The notes beneath the pieces were generated by a model. It saw only the letters and a program-made list of their open reading frames with translations, ran no database searches and was not told the origin of the DNA. Of a DNA stretch of 64,000 nt, positions 49,592 through 62,269 are shown one piece after another. Position 1 is the stretch's first letter. Every line of letters begins with the position of its first letter. Origin of the DNA: Centroscyllium fabricii (lineage: Eukaryota). A program made the position numbers and the translations under genes. Location: the NCBI GenBank assembly GCA_051313645.2, contig JBNRSN020000904.1, positions 1-64,000 of the forward strand. The letters run 5' to 3'.

Positions 49592-49901
49592 CTCCATTTT
49601 AATTTTAAAGCTAATAAAATTGACGTATCGTCAATAATACAAAGACGAGTAGTTACCTTAACTATAGGCTTTTATTAGCTTTACAAAGGAGCTACGCTCC
49701 GGTCGAACATCAGGTACAGAATGAATGGGGGCAGGTCAGACCCCACCTATAAGGCACTCACCTGAGGGGAGGAGTTAGAGGTGTGGCTGACCTGACCCCG
49801 CGACAGTGTCGCAATACAAAGCTGTGTATAGTGCACCCAGCCGCTATACATGCTGGTTTATATTGTGCTTCACTATTACAGTGGTAATAACGGTTACCAC
49901 A
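49592..49901 (-). mobile_element. Gypsy 5' LTR (49621-49901) with retained leader and ATG, otherwise truncated
   Basis: Homologous to 44874-45155; followed on the minus strand by ATTTTATTAGCTTTAAAATTAAAATGGAG. Confidence 0.75.
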
Positions 49902-50008
49902 GACATGTACAGTATTATCGTCAACATAAAGGGACACAACATAATTAAACGAAATTAAAATGAAACTTAACGAACTTTTTCTACCAGACCCCCATCTTAA
50001 CCCATCAA

Positions 50009-50790
50009 TCGGTAAAAATAGAGAGACAGACTATTATCTGAATGGTGACAGATTAGGGAAAGGGGAGGTGCAACGAGACCTGGGCGTCATGGTACATCGG
50101 TCACTGAAGGTGGGAATGCAGGTACAGCAGGCAATCAAGAAAGCAAATGGCATGTTGTCCTTCATAGCGAGGGGATTTGAGTACAGGAGTAAGGAGGTGT
50201 TGCTACAGTTGTACAGGGCCTTGGTGAGGCCACACTTGGAGTATTGTGTGCAGTTTTGGTCTCCTAACTTGAGGAAGGACATTCTTGCTATTGAGGGAGT
50301 GCAGCGAAGGTTTACTAGATTGATTCCCGGGATGGCCGGACTGACATATCAAGAAAGACTGGATCAACTGAACTTGTACTCTCTGGAGTTCAGAAGAATG
50401 AGGGGGGATCTCATAGAAACGTTTAAAATACTGATGGGTTTAGACAGGTTAGATGCGGGCAGAATGTTCCCAATGTTGGGGAAGTCCAGAACCAGGGGTC
50501 ACAGTCTAAGGATAAGGGGTAAGCCATTTAGGACTGAGATGAGGAGAAACTTCTTCACCCAGAGAGTGGTGAACCTGTGGAATTCTCTACCACAGAAAGT
50601 TGATGAGGCCAGTTCACTAAATATATTCAAAAGGGAGTTAGATGTAATACAACTAGGGTGATCAAGGGGTATGGCGAGAAAGCAGGAACGGGGTACTGAT
50701 GTAGCATGTACAGCCATGAACATGTTGAATGGCGGTGCAGGCTCGAGGGGCCGAATGGCCTACTCCTGCACCTATTTTCTATGTATGTAT
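50009..50790 (+). mobile_element. CR1 3' fragment
   Basis: ORF 49960..50661; closely similar to the 1838-2787 subfamily. Confidence 0.92.
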
Positions 50791-51181
50791 CTAATCAGAC
50801 CCCATCATTCGGAACCCCATGAACCAGACCCCATCCACCTTCTGACTCTAACTATTAGACCCACATCTATCCGATCATCTGTGGGACCCCCTTCTATCAG
50901 TGCTGCCTCAATCGGCCCCCATCGATCAGATCCCCGTCTACTATAGTCACATTTGTCAAATCTCAGCTTTCGGCTCCCATTCTTTCAGATCACCATGCAT
51001 CATAGGAATATCGGAATGTAGGAACGTAGGAATCTCGGAACAGGAGGGGGCCATTCAGCCCCTCGAGCCTGTTCCGCCATTCAATGAGCTCATGGCTGAT
51101 CTGTGTCCTGTTACGCGCCCTTGTCTCATTCGCTTTGCTTAACTAAAATCTATCAATCTCAGATTTAAAATGAACATTTGA

Positions 51182-52590
51182 TGTCGTGCAGGGGAGCGAG
51201 TTTTCCTATCCTGAGGGAGCCCACACGGAGGGAAGGTTCACAACGGGTCTTTTACTTCCAAACTCCAAATCAACACTGAACACAAAAGCCCGCGAATCAC
51301 GTGATGACGTCATCGCTTTGAGTTACGTGGTTCGTTTTCCCTCGCTCTTAAAGGGAAGGTACATTACACAGGTTAAAGGGAATTATACATAAACGTTTTA
51401 TACACAGATTGTGCACCGTTAATCCGTTACCCGATAAGCCGGAAACTTCAGTCTTCCGGAACAAATTGCCCGACTGCCCGGCGCATGCGCAAAATAGCCG
51501 CCGCGATTGCTGCTTCAGTGAATGATCTGCGCACGCGCCGCCAAACGGCGAGCGCATGCGCAGATCATTCACAATGGCCGCCGAAGTTTTTAATGATCTG
51601 CGCATGCGCTGCCGAACGATGCCGGGCCGGGCCTTCCCGAGCCTCGCTTTACCAAGCTGGGCCGGGGCTTCCCGAGCCTTCCCGAGCTGGGCCTTGCCTT
51701 CCCGAGCCGGGCCTCGCCTCGCCTTACCGAGCCTTCCCGAGCCGGGCCTTGCCTTCCCGAGCCGGGCCTCGCCTCGCCTTACCGAGCCTTCCCGAACCGG
51801 GCCGGGGCTTCCTGAGCCGGGCCTTGCCTTCCCGAGCCGGGCCTTACCGAGCCTCCTCGAGCCGGGCCTCACCGAACGATAAGCGCATGCGCAGACCACT
51901 CAAAATGGCCGCTGGCCTTTCGCGGTGGCCATTTTGAATGGTCTGCGCATGCGCTCGCCGAAGCTTCAATCGTTCGGGATTTTCACTTTCCCGGCATCGG
52001 CCTGGTCCCGCCCGTGCCGGACTAACGGTGCTCATCCTGTACAAGTATCTGCAATGGTATGTGGCCCTGCCACATGCGCCCCCCCCCCCAGAATTGTCTT
52101 TAACAGAGAGGTCAATCGTATGGGCAGCTTGACGAGACGACCAGAATGGCTGTGGTATCCAGACGCCGGAGGCTGTGGCGTGCTCGGCGGACTGGAAGGC
52201 TGCAAGGCAGGCTGGCTGTTCGGTTGACAGGCAGGCGGACTGACGGGCTGGCAGGCAAGCGGGCTGGCAGGCTGGCAGGAGGGTGGACTGGCGAGCGGCT
52301 GGAGCGCCTCAGGGTGAATGCCGACAGGAGGTCTCCCATGTTTCGGTGACATTGCTGGTTGTACTGGGGAGTTGGAGTCCAGGTGTGCCGGTTTGGGGCG
52401 GTTCACCGAGACGTGGTCGGGCTTGCCACCCATGTCCAGGGTGGAGGACTTCTCACCTGCTTCCAACACATGGAAGGGTCCAGTGTACGGGGCCTGGAGA
52501 GGGTCTCTGTGTGCGTCTTGGCGCACAAACACGTAATCCGCCTGCTGGAGGTCCTTAGGCACGTGGGAGTGCTGGAAACCGTCGGGAAAC
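51182..52590 (-). mobile_element. Gypsy 3' end: integrase C-terminus, PPT, 3' LTR (52074-51182) interrupted by a MITE
   Basis: YVFVRQDAHRDPLQAPYTGPFHVL (GPY/F domain); G-tract at 52079-52089 before TGTGGC; LTR ends ..CGACA. Confidence 0.82.
51405..52039. mobile_element. Complete MITE with TIRs and CpG-rich internal repeats
   Basis: CAGATTGTGCACCGTTAATCCG..CGGACTAACGGTGCTCATCCTG|TA; multiple GCGCATGCGC; (CCGAGCC/GGGCCTT)n interior. Confidence 0.7.
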
Positions 52591-52866
52591 ACACACGCAG
52601 CACATTGTCAGGAGCCGAGAATAGAAGGACATTATGGTAAGCGCACGGGGCGAAATGGAGAGAGCGGCGGTGCCCCCAGAGATAGAGAGATCTACAGGTA
52701 GAGCGGGATCTGCAGGGGGAGTGGAGGGATCCAGAGAGAGACGGGAGATCCACCGGGAGTGTCCAGCAATCACCTTTGATTGCTGTGATTATCTCTCTGC
52801 CGAGGTGTGATAAAGGGCAGTTGGAAAGATTACCTGTAATCATCTGGCATTGTTCTCTGACTATAT

Positions 52867-54325
52867 ATGGATAAACATAATTTAATAGGACAAAGCCAGC
52901 ATGGTTTTATGAAGGGGAAGTCTTGTTTGACAAATTTGTTGGAATTCTTTGAGGAAGTAACATATAGGGTGGATAAAGGGGAACCAGTGGACGTAGTGTA
53001 TTTAGACTTTCAAAAGGCATTTGACAAGGTGCCACACAAAAGATTATTGCTTAAAATAAAAAATCACGGAATTGGGGGTAATATTGTGGCATGGATAGAG
53101 GATTGGCTATCTAACAGAAGGCAGAGAGTTGGGATAAATGGTTCATTCTCAGACTGGCAATCGGTAACTAGTGGTGTTCCGCAGGGGTCAGTGCTGGGAC
53201 CCCAACTCTTTACAATCTATATTAACGATTTGGAGGAGGGGACCGAGTATAACATATCAAAGTTTGCAGATGATACTAAGATGGGAGGGAAAGTAGTGAG
53301 GGAGGAGGACATAAAAAACCTGCAAGGGGACATAGACAGGCTAAGTCAGTGGGCAGAGATTTGGCAGATGGAATACAATACTGGAAAGTGAGGTTATGCA
53401 CTTTGGCAGGAAAAACCATAGAGCAAGTTATTATCTTAATGGAAAGGAACTGGAAAGTACTGTAGTACAAAGGGATCTGGGGGTCCTGGTGCACGAAACT
53501 CAAAAGGTTAGTATGCAGGTGCAGCAAGTGATTAAGAAGGCCAATGGAATGTTGGCTTTCATTGCTAGGGGGATACAATATAAAAATAGGGAGGTATTGC
53601 TTCAGTTGTACAAGGTATTGGTGAGACCGCACCTGGAATACTGCGTACAGTTTTGCTGTCCATACTTAAGAAAGGACATACTCGCTCTCGAGTCAGTACA
53701 AAGACGGTTCACTCGGTTAATCCCAGGGATGAGGGGTTGGACATATGAGGAGAGGTTGAGTAGATTGGGACTCTACTCATTGGAGTTCAGAAGAATGAGG
53801 GGAGATCTTATTGAAACATATAAGATTGTGAAGGGGTTGGATCGGGTGGACGCGGGGATGATGTTCCCAATGATGGGTGAAACTAGAACTAGGGGGCATA
53901 ATCTTAGGATAAGGGACTGCTCTTTCAAAACTGAGATGAGGAAAAACTACTTCACTCAGAGGGTAGTAGGTCCATGGAACATGTTGCCCCAAAAAGCTGT
54001 AGAAGCTACATCATTGCATAAATTTAAAACAGAAATAGACAGTTTCCTAGTAGTAAAAGGGATTAAGGGTTACGGGGAGCAGGCAGGAATTTGGACATGA
54101 GTCTAGGTTCAGATCGGTCATGGCCCTGTGGGTAGTGGGGCGGGCCCAGGGACTGCGTAGCCTGATCCTGCTCCTATTTTGTGTGTCTAATTCTGTTAGA
54201 TGCAGGAGATGGTTCTGTGATAGTAGATTGGTTGTCAGGATCAGATCAGCCATGATCTGATTGAATGGCGGAGCAGGCTCGAGGGGCCGATTGGCCGACT
54301 CCTGCTCCTATTTCTTATGTTCTTA
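52867..54325 (+). mobile_element. CR1 LINE (RT plus 3' end, frameshift near 53390) in pseudogene intron 1
   Basis: ORFs 52867..53391 and 53396..54100. Confidence 0.93.
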
Positions 54326-54354
54326 TATGCTGTGCCTATATGCATCTCTTCACT

Positions 54355-54391
54355 TCACCTGAGGAAGGAGCAGCGCTCCGAAAGCTTGTGA
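54355..54391 (+). ncRNA. Minimal type I hammerhead ribozyme motif in PLE remnant (54326-54481)
   Basis: TCAC-CTGAGGA-AGGAGCAGCGCTCC-GAAA-GCTT-GTGA. Confidence 0.7.
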
Positions 54392-54780
54392 TTTCAAATA
54401 AAGCTGTTGGACTATAACCTGGTGTTTGTGTGACTTCTTACATTTGTCCACCCCAGTCCAACACCGGCACCTCCACATCACAGGAGAGGGGGCGGTGCTT
54501 GCAGGATCCAATAGTCCACCAGGAATGGGAGATCCAATTCAATTTCAATTTTATTTCAATTTTAGTTGTCACATGTACTAAAATACAACCAGTGTAATCT
54601 GGACAGTGAAATGTTTTATTCACGGTTCGAACGCACCGCGCAACAAAGAACCCTAAGCTGCCCGATATGCCCGGAGCCCGTGAGACGGCAGCCACCTCAC
54701 CAGCGCCATCAATCACAAGTCCCGTTCTCGTACCGCTCCGGCCTCTCCTGCACGCAAATTTCTTAAAGTTCTTAAAGTCC

Positions 54781-55440
54781 TCAATTCAATTCAATTCAAT
54801 TCAAGTTTTATTGTCATTGCAGAGAACTAGTACAATACAACGAGACGAAGACTCGACGCTCCCGAGAGTAGTGCAAATAAATTACATGCAAATTGCATAC
54901 AGTAAAGTTCATTGTCAGGCGTGCAGGTACCGGAGTTTCTTTTTAGAGTTCAGGAGGCTGACAGCCCTGGGGAAGAAGCGGTTCTGAAATCTGGTCGTGC
55001 GGGTGCGAATTGCTCTGTAGCGTCTCCCGGAGGGGAGGGGTGCGAACAGACTGTGGCTGGGGAGTGTGGGGTCTTTAATAATGTTCAGAGACCTCCGTAA
55101 GCAGCGTTTGAGGTAGATGCTTTCCATTGACGGTAGCTGGGTACCGGTGATTCGTTGGGCAGTTTTGACTACCCGCTGCAGGGTTTTCCGGTCCGAGATA
55201 GTGCAATTTCCATACCAGACTGTGATGCAGCTTGTCAGTATGCTTTCTATTGTGCAGCGGTAGAAGTTGGAGAGGATGCCGGATGACAGCCTGGCTTTCT
55301 TCAGCTTCCTTAGGAAGTATAGGCGCTGTTGGGCCTTCTTAACCAGAGAGGAGGTGTTTAGTGACCAGGAGAGATCTTCCGAGATGTGGACCCCGAGGAA
55401 CTTGAAGCTGGACACCCTTTCCACCTCAGCCCCTTTCTGT
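54781..55440 (-). mobile_element. Rex1/Babar-like LINE 3' end
   Basis: VERVSSFKFLGVHISEDLSWS..KKAQQRLYFLRKL..CTIESILTSCITVWYG; (AATTG)n tail. Confidence 0.85.
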
Positions 55441-55821
55441 TGTTTCACTCGCTCCCCCTGAATCGTCTCGGAGACCTGGGCTCCGGGGGCCGCATTGGAA
55501 GGCCCTGGGCCTACCCTGGTCCGACGCCATGCTGCCCCCCCCCCCCCGCTGAGCTCCGAACTCCGGGGGCAGCGCCCGGAGGCCTGTGACCAGCCTCTCG
55601 GGCTCCAGCAATTGGGGTCCACTGAGATCGGGACTTTCCGAGAGACTGGGGCAATCCGCTGGGAGTGAGGGTCCACATGGAATGTGGGAACGGATGGGGC
55701 ACACAGCTTCCTGTTACAGAACGTGTCGCTGCCCACATACCCTTCTCCTTCCACCCCCACTGACTATATGAAGCATTGTCCTCCGAGCTGTGTGAATAAT
55801 CCTGTGTTCTGCCCTCTTTAG

Positions 55822-55953
<132 letters not shown>

Positions 55954-56965
55954 TGACGACTCCTTCAACACCTTCTTCAGCGAGACGGGGGCGGGCAAAC
56001 ACGTTCCCCGAGCCGTGTTTATGGATCTGGAGCCCACTGTGATTGGTAAGGGGAGAGATTGCTGATGGGTTGCTCAGTCCGCGCTCTCACTAAACGCATT
56101 TCGATGAGGCCTGAATGTCTCTTTTCTATTTTGTTTTCCCTTCGCTTCCTACTGATGGGCTTCAATAACTACAAAACTAGAAGTTATAGACTTAAACAGA
56201 AAGGCTTTGAATCACTAAGAATTAGAGCTCACATCTTGACGGCTGTCTCACAGGAATGAGTTATACAGATCCTGGATCTTTATGTAAGGTGAGCCAGGGG
56301 TGGAGCCAAAGCCAATTCCTGGAATCTCCCAGGTTTCGTCAGGAAACAGGAAGTGAAACTATACGCAGTGGGGGAGGGTAATATACATGAGTGCCAACGA
56401 ATACATACAGACAACAGATTTAATTACACCTACCTCTTTCATTTCCTTGCTTTAGTCTTGACTGTGGTATACCAATGTTTGTACTCTTGCCTGTGTGTAT
56501 ACATGCCTGGGCATGCCTGAAGCCGACTCCGTCCCTAGCCTGCCTGATATAGGCCCAGACTTTGGGAGCCTGGCTCACTACAAGGAGTTGCCAGTCAGCC
56601 TAAGGATGCGTAGTGGTTATGTCACTAGACTAATAAGCCAGAGACTCAGTCAAATGCTCTGAGGATATGGGTTCAAATCCCACCACAGCAGCTGGTGGAA
56701 TTTAAATTCAATTGAATTTAAATCTGTAATTAAATGTTAGTCTTAGTAATGGCGACCATGATACCATTGTCGATTGTTGCAAAAACCCATCTGGTTCACT
56801 AATGTCCTTCAGGGAAGGAAATCTGCCGTCCTTACCTGGTCTGGCCTACATGTGACTCCAGACCCACAGCAATGTGGTTGACTCTTAATGCCCTCTGAAA
56901 TGGCCCAGCAAGACACTCAGTTGTAAACAACCGCTATGCAACATTGTGGGTGTACCTACACCATT

Positions 56966-57376
56966 GGGCGGCACGGTGGCACAGTGGTTAGCACTGTTGC
57001 CTCACAGCACTGGAGACCCGGGTTCAAATCCAGCCTCGGGTACTATCTGTGTGGAGTTTGCACATTCTCCCCGTGTCTGCGTGGGTTTCCTCCGGGTGCT
57101 CCGGTTTCCTCCCACAGTCCAAAGATGTGCGGGTTAGGTTGATTGGCCAGGATAAATTGACCCTTAGTGTTAGGGGGATTGAATATGTGGGGTTACGGGG
57201 ATAGGGTGCGATATGTGTCGGTGCAGGCTCGATGGGGATCGAGGGATATGGGGGGAGGGCAGGGACAGGGTACTGAGTTTGGATGATCAGCCATGATCTC
57301 GTTGGATGGTGGAGCAGGCTCGAAGGGCCGAATGGCCTACTCCTGCTCCTAGTTTCTATGTTTCTATGTTTCTATG
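56966..57376 (+). mobile_element. HE1-like V-SINE, full length
   Basis: GGGCGGCACGGTGGC head to (TTTCTATG)n tail. Confidence 0.9.
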
Positions 57377-57861
57377 TTTTACATACAGAGAGGGTCATAC
57401 ATAAAATGCTGACGGGTACAGATATGGTACATATATATAATACAGTGGTTTACCACACACATATCCCACCCTATCCCCGTAAAGGGTCAATTTATCCTGG
57501 CCAATCAACCTAACCCGCACATCTTTGGACTGTGGGAGGAAACCGGAGCACCCGGAGGAAACCCACGCAGACACGGGGAGAATGTGCAAACTCCACACAG
57601 ATAGTACCCGAGTCTTGGATCACCTACGCAAGCTGGTAGGTTCTGTCGCGTTGGTGTGCCGTGGATTTGCTGCCTCAGCTTCTCGCACTATCCAGTTCTA
57701 ATTATATCATGGAAAGTCTTGTATCGGGCAAAGTGTCCCAAGTGCACAGAACCTGCTCATTCACTCCAGTATCACTAATTGATGTCACTCCCACATTTCC
57801 ATTCATAAAAAAAGGGACCAATTACATTCCTGCCAACAATGACCTGGAATTTGCAGGGGAA

Positions 57862-59127
57862 CACAGACACAGAGAAGATAGGAGCAGGAGTCGGCCATTC
57901 GGCCCCTCGCGCCTGCTCCGCCATTCAATGAGCGGCACAGTGGCACAGTGGTTAGCATTGTTGTCTCACAGCACTGGAGACCCGGGTTCAAATCCAACCT
58001 CGGGTGACTATCTGTGTGGAGTTTGCACATTCTCCCCGTGTCTGCGTGGGTTTCCTCCGGGTGCTCCGGTTTCCTCCCACAGTCCAAAGATGTGCGCGTT
58101 AGGTTGATTGGCCAGGATAAATTGACCCTTAGTGTTAGGGGAGATTGAATATGTGGGGTTACGGGGATAGGGTGGGATATGTGTCGATGCAGGCTCGATA
58201 GGGATATAGGGAGAGGGCAGGGGCGGGGTGCTGGGTTTGGATGATCAGCCATGATCTCATTGAATGGTGGAGCAGGCTCGAAGGGCCGAATGGCCTACTC
58301 CTGCTCCTAGTTTCTATGTTTCTATGTTTCTATCATGGCTGATCATCCAAACTCAGTACCCTGTCCCTGCCTTCTCCCCATATCCCTTGATCCCTTTAGC
58401 CTTAAGAAATATATCCAACTCTTTCTTGAATATAATTAATGAACCGGCCTCCACCGCCCTCTGTGGTAGAGAATTCCACAGGTTCACCACTCTCTGGGTG
58501 AAGAAATTCCTCCTCATCTCTGTCCTAAATGAGTTAGCCCTTATCCTTAGACTGTGACCCCTGGTTCTGGACTCCCCGGTCTCTTTGCACTTCCCCTTCT
58601 CCCAATCTATTGCCATTCAAATAATAATCTGCCCTCCTGTTTTTGCCACCGAAGTGGATAACCTCGCATTTATCCACATTATAGTGCATTTGCCGTGTTT
58701 CTGCCCAATCACCCAACCTGCCCAAATCGTACTGGAGTTTCACGACATCCTCCTCGCAGCCCACACGCCCACCCAGCTTTGTGTCATCTGCAAACTTGGA
58801 GATACTACATTCAATTCCCTTGTCCAGATCATTAATATATATTGTGAACAGCTGGGGTCCTAGGACCGATCCTTGCGGTACCCCACTAGTCACTGCCCCA
58901 CGAGTCACGACCCATTTATTCCAACTCTTTGCTTTCTATCTGCCAACCAGTTTTCTATCCAAGTCAGTACCTTGCCCCCAATCCCATGTGCCTTAATTTT
59001 GCACGCCAATCTCTTACGCGGGACCTTATCGAAAGCCTTCTGAAAGTCCAAATACACCACATCCACTGGTTCCCCCTTATCTATTCTACCAGGTACATCC
59101 TCAAAAAATTCCAGTAGATTAGCCAAG
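57862..59127 (-). mobile_element. Deleted CR1 with nested HE1 SINE (57931-58333) in pseudogene intron 3
   Basis: ORFs 58353, 58534 and 58905; flanking GCAGGG(G)AA duplication; absent from the functional gene. Confidence 0.85.
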
Positions 59128-59750
59128 CAGGGAAGGCTCCTGATTGTCCGCCCTGATTTCAGCGGTAGATGGGCGGACACTCCGGTTAGGCGGGGCGGGC
59201 TCGATTTTCATCCTCACCGCCTGGGCGCAAATCCGGTTTGACTGATTGCCCGCCTGCTGAAAATCGGAGGGTTCTATAAGAAGCATGCGTTCCGCTCCAC
59301 TAGATCACCACTCAAGCCCTGAACACCCCGAACTCAACTGGTCTCCCAGCTCCATCTGTGCCTTCCAGCCCTGGTTCCCTACAAACTCCACGACAAATCC
59401 CAATGCTCCATCGCCCAGGCTCCCACTGTCCCATCTCCCAAACTCCCACCAACTAGCCCATCTCACCAGGGACAGTCTGTATCTTGACTCCTGTCCAGGA
59501 TGCACTGTCCCTTGCCAATGGATTCTATTTCTTGCTCCCTTTTAATGTCTTGTACGCTTTTTGCCCACAGGCTGACCAGTGCACAGGACTGCAGGGATTC
59601 CTCATCTTCCACAGTTTCAGCGGTGGGACAAGCTGAGGCTTCCCTTCCCTCCTGATTGAGAGACTCTCTGTCGACTACGGCAAGAAATCCAAACTGGAGT
59701 TTTCCGTTTACCCCGCGCCGCAGATCTCCACCGCAGTGGTTGAGCTCTAC

Positions 59751-60303
59751 TGATAAACTTTGGCTAATTCTAGATTGCTTTACGATAGTTTGACATGGGT
59801 TAAAAGTTTAGAAGCAAAGAGGTAAAGTATAGCGACAGGCTGTCTGTACATAGAGATCTTCTCTCTCTCTCTTTCTGATAACAAAGCTGCAGCTGCAAGA
59901 TAAGGAGGAAGGAGGAGTCAACACAAGATGTTGACATTTAGTTGGGTTTTGTACTGTGTCTATATATTTTTTTCTCCATTGGTTGTTTTTGTTTTTAAGT
60001 ATTATTCGTTGAGCTTATGTACATTTAATCTTTTTGCAAGGTCTTTTTGCATTTATGTATTGTATCAATAATTGCAGTCTCAGAGCGAGCGGCGCACTTC
60101 TGGGTTGCTATGCTTGTGTGCAAACACAAGGGGTCTCTCAGAGTGAAGTACCGGTACTGGGTAATAAACGTTAAGTATTTTACAGTTTCTGACTTTGTGT
60201 ATTACTGAGAAAGTGACAGACTGACCGACGTGTTTAGTCTCCTAAAGTAAGAACCCAGACCCCCAGGAGGGTGGGTCCTCCTCACAGAGTGAGTGAGCTA
60301 ACA
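59751..60303 (+). mobile_element. Solo LTR, family A, inserted in pseudogene exon 4
   Basis: TG..CA; perfect TSD CTAC; AATAAA near 60163. Confidence 0.9.
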
Positions 60304-61165
60304 CTACAACTCCGTGCTCATCACCCACTGCACCCTCGAGCACTCGGACTGCGCCTTCATGGTGGACAACGAGGCCATTTACGACGTGTGTCGGCGTAAC
60401 CTTGACATTGAGCGCCCCACCTACGCCAACCTCAACCGTATCATCGCACAGATGGTGTCGTCCATCACGGCATTGCTGCGCTTCGACAGAGCCCTCAACG
60501 TGGACCTGACTGAGCTCCAAACCAACCTGGCCCCCTATCCCCGCATTCACTTCCCGCTGGCGACCTACGCGCCCCTTATTTCGGCTGAGAAGGCTTACCA
60601 CGAGCAGCTCTCCGTGCCTGAGATCACCAATGCCTGCTTTGAGCCAGCCAACCAGATGATGAAGTGCGACCCTCGGCAGGGCAAGTACATGGAGTGCTGC
60701 ATGCTGTACCGAGGAGACGTGGTGCCAAAGGATGTCAACGCCTCCATCGAGAGCAAGCGCTCGATCCAGTTTGTTGATTGGTGCCCGACTCAGTTCAAGG
60801 TAAGTGTGGGTTCTATGTCCATAAGAACATAAGAAATAGGAGCAGGAGTAGGCCAATCGGCCCCTTGAGCCTGCTCTGCCATTCAACAAGATCATGGCTG
60901 ATCTGACCCTAACCTCAATTTTATTTTCACTCTCCATCCCGCCCAAACCTATGTGATCACCCGGGAGAGGCGAAAAACCAGATTAAAAAACCCAGTGGCC
61001 AATTTGGGAGAAAAAATCTGGGAAATTCCTCTCCGACCCATCCAGGCGATCGAAACTGGTCCAGGAGATCACTCTGACCCTGAATTTCCTGCAGAACCTA
61101 CCTTCTGTAAGAGGTGATCTCCACCCCAGCCAGGAACAGACCCAATTTACTCTTGAAGGAATCCA

Positions 61166-61577
61166 GGGCGGCACGGTGGCATAGTGGTTAGCACTGTTGC
61201 CTTACAGCACTAGAGACCCGGGTTCAAATCCAGCCTCGGGTGACTATCTGTGTGGAGTTTGCACATTCTCCCCGTGTCTGCGTGGGTTTCCTCCGGGTGC
61301 TCCGGTTTCCTCCCACAGTCCAAAGATGTGCGGGTTAGGTTGATTGGCTATGATAAATTGACCCTTAGTGTTAGGGGGATTGAATATGTGGGGTTACGGG
61401 GATAGGGTGGGATATGTGTCGGTGCAGGCTCGATAGGGATCGAGGGATATGGGGACAAGGCAGGGGCGGGGTACTGGGTTTGGATGATCAGCCATGATCT
61501 CATTGAATGGCGGAGCAGGCTCGAAGGGCCGAATGGCCGACTCCTGCTCCTATCTTCTATGTTTCTATGTTTCTATG
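61166..61577 (+). mobile_element. HE1-like V-SINE, full length
   Basis: Same family; flanked by GAATC. Confidence 0.9.
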
Positions 61578-61818
61578 AATCAGCATGCTGGTTGGCAGCC
61601 TGTTCCCGAGGTCTCCACTACTCCCTGTGAATAGAACCCTCTCCTGACATCTAACATAGAATCAAAACACAAGAAATAGGAGCAGGACCAGGCCATATGA
61701 CTCCCGGGCCCGCTCCGCCTCCCACAGGACCATGGCCGATCCGAACCTAGACTCACGTCCACTTCCCTGCCCACTCCCTGTAACCCCGAATTCCCTTTAC
61801 TTCTGGGAAACTATCTAT

Positions 61819-62054
61819 TGTAGCGCTTACAGGACCCAAGAACCACACAGGAGCCGGAGAGACAGTTAACACTTGTTTAATTAACGACTACATGAGAAAG
61901 AGACTGAACCACAAGGAGCCGGCTTATTTAAACTACCCGCTGCTCGTGACCTCATCACGCCGAGAGACGTGGTGACATCATCGCATCACCCGGTGGGCGG
62001 GGTTATGCCCCGCATGACTCCCGAGGCGGATTCGCCAGCCGGCGTACCGCTACA
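61819..62054 (-). mobile_element. Solo LTR (family of 48587) within a CR1 3' fragment
   Basis: TG..CA; TSD CTAT/CAAT. Confidence 0.75.
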
Positions 62055-62269
62055 CAATCTCTGTTTTAAATTTATTTAATGTCGCAGCTTCTGCAGCTCT
62101 CTGGGGCAGCAAATTCCAATCCATGGAGCCCTGAAGAATCATGGGATTGTGGTATTCTGATCTCCCAATTGTAGTGTTACTATCTTAACATTTTAAATTA
62201 CTGAGAGCCACATGAGATGAGATTCACTCTTGTATGTTTAATTTGATCTCAATTCCTTGCTTGCTCACT

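Noticed and set aside
51348-51937. Arg/Gly/Pro-rich ORFs
   Set aside because: Low-complexity internal repeats of the MITE
56966-57040. tRNA genes at SINE heads (also 5838, 44369, 61166)
   Set aside because: tRNA-derived promoter regions continuous with SINE bodies and tails
60314-60832. Functional second alpha-tubulin ORF
   Set aside because: Downstream half of exon 4 of a copy with a frameshift, a stop, a mostly deleted exon 3 and an LTR insertion
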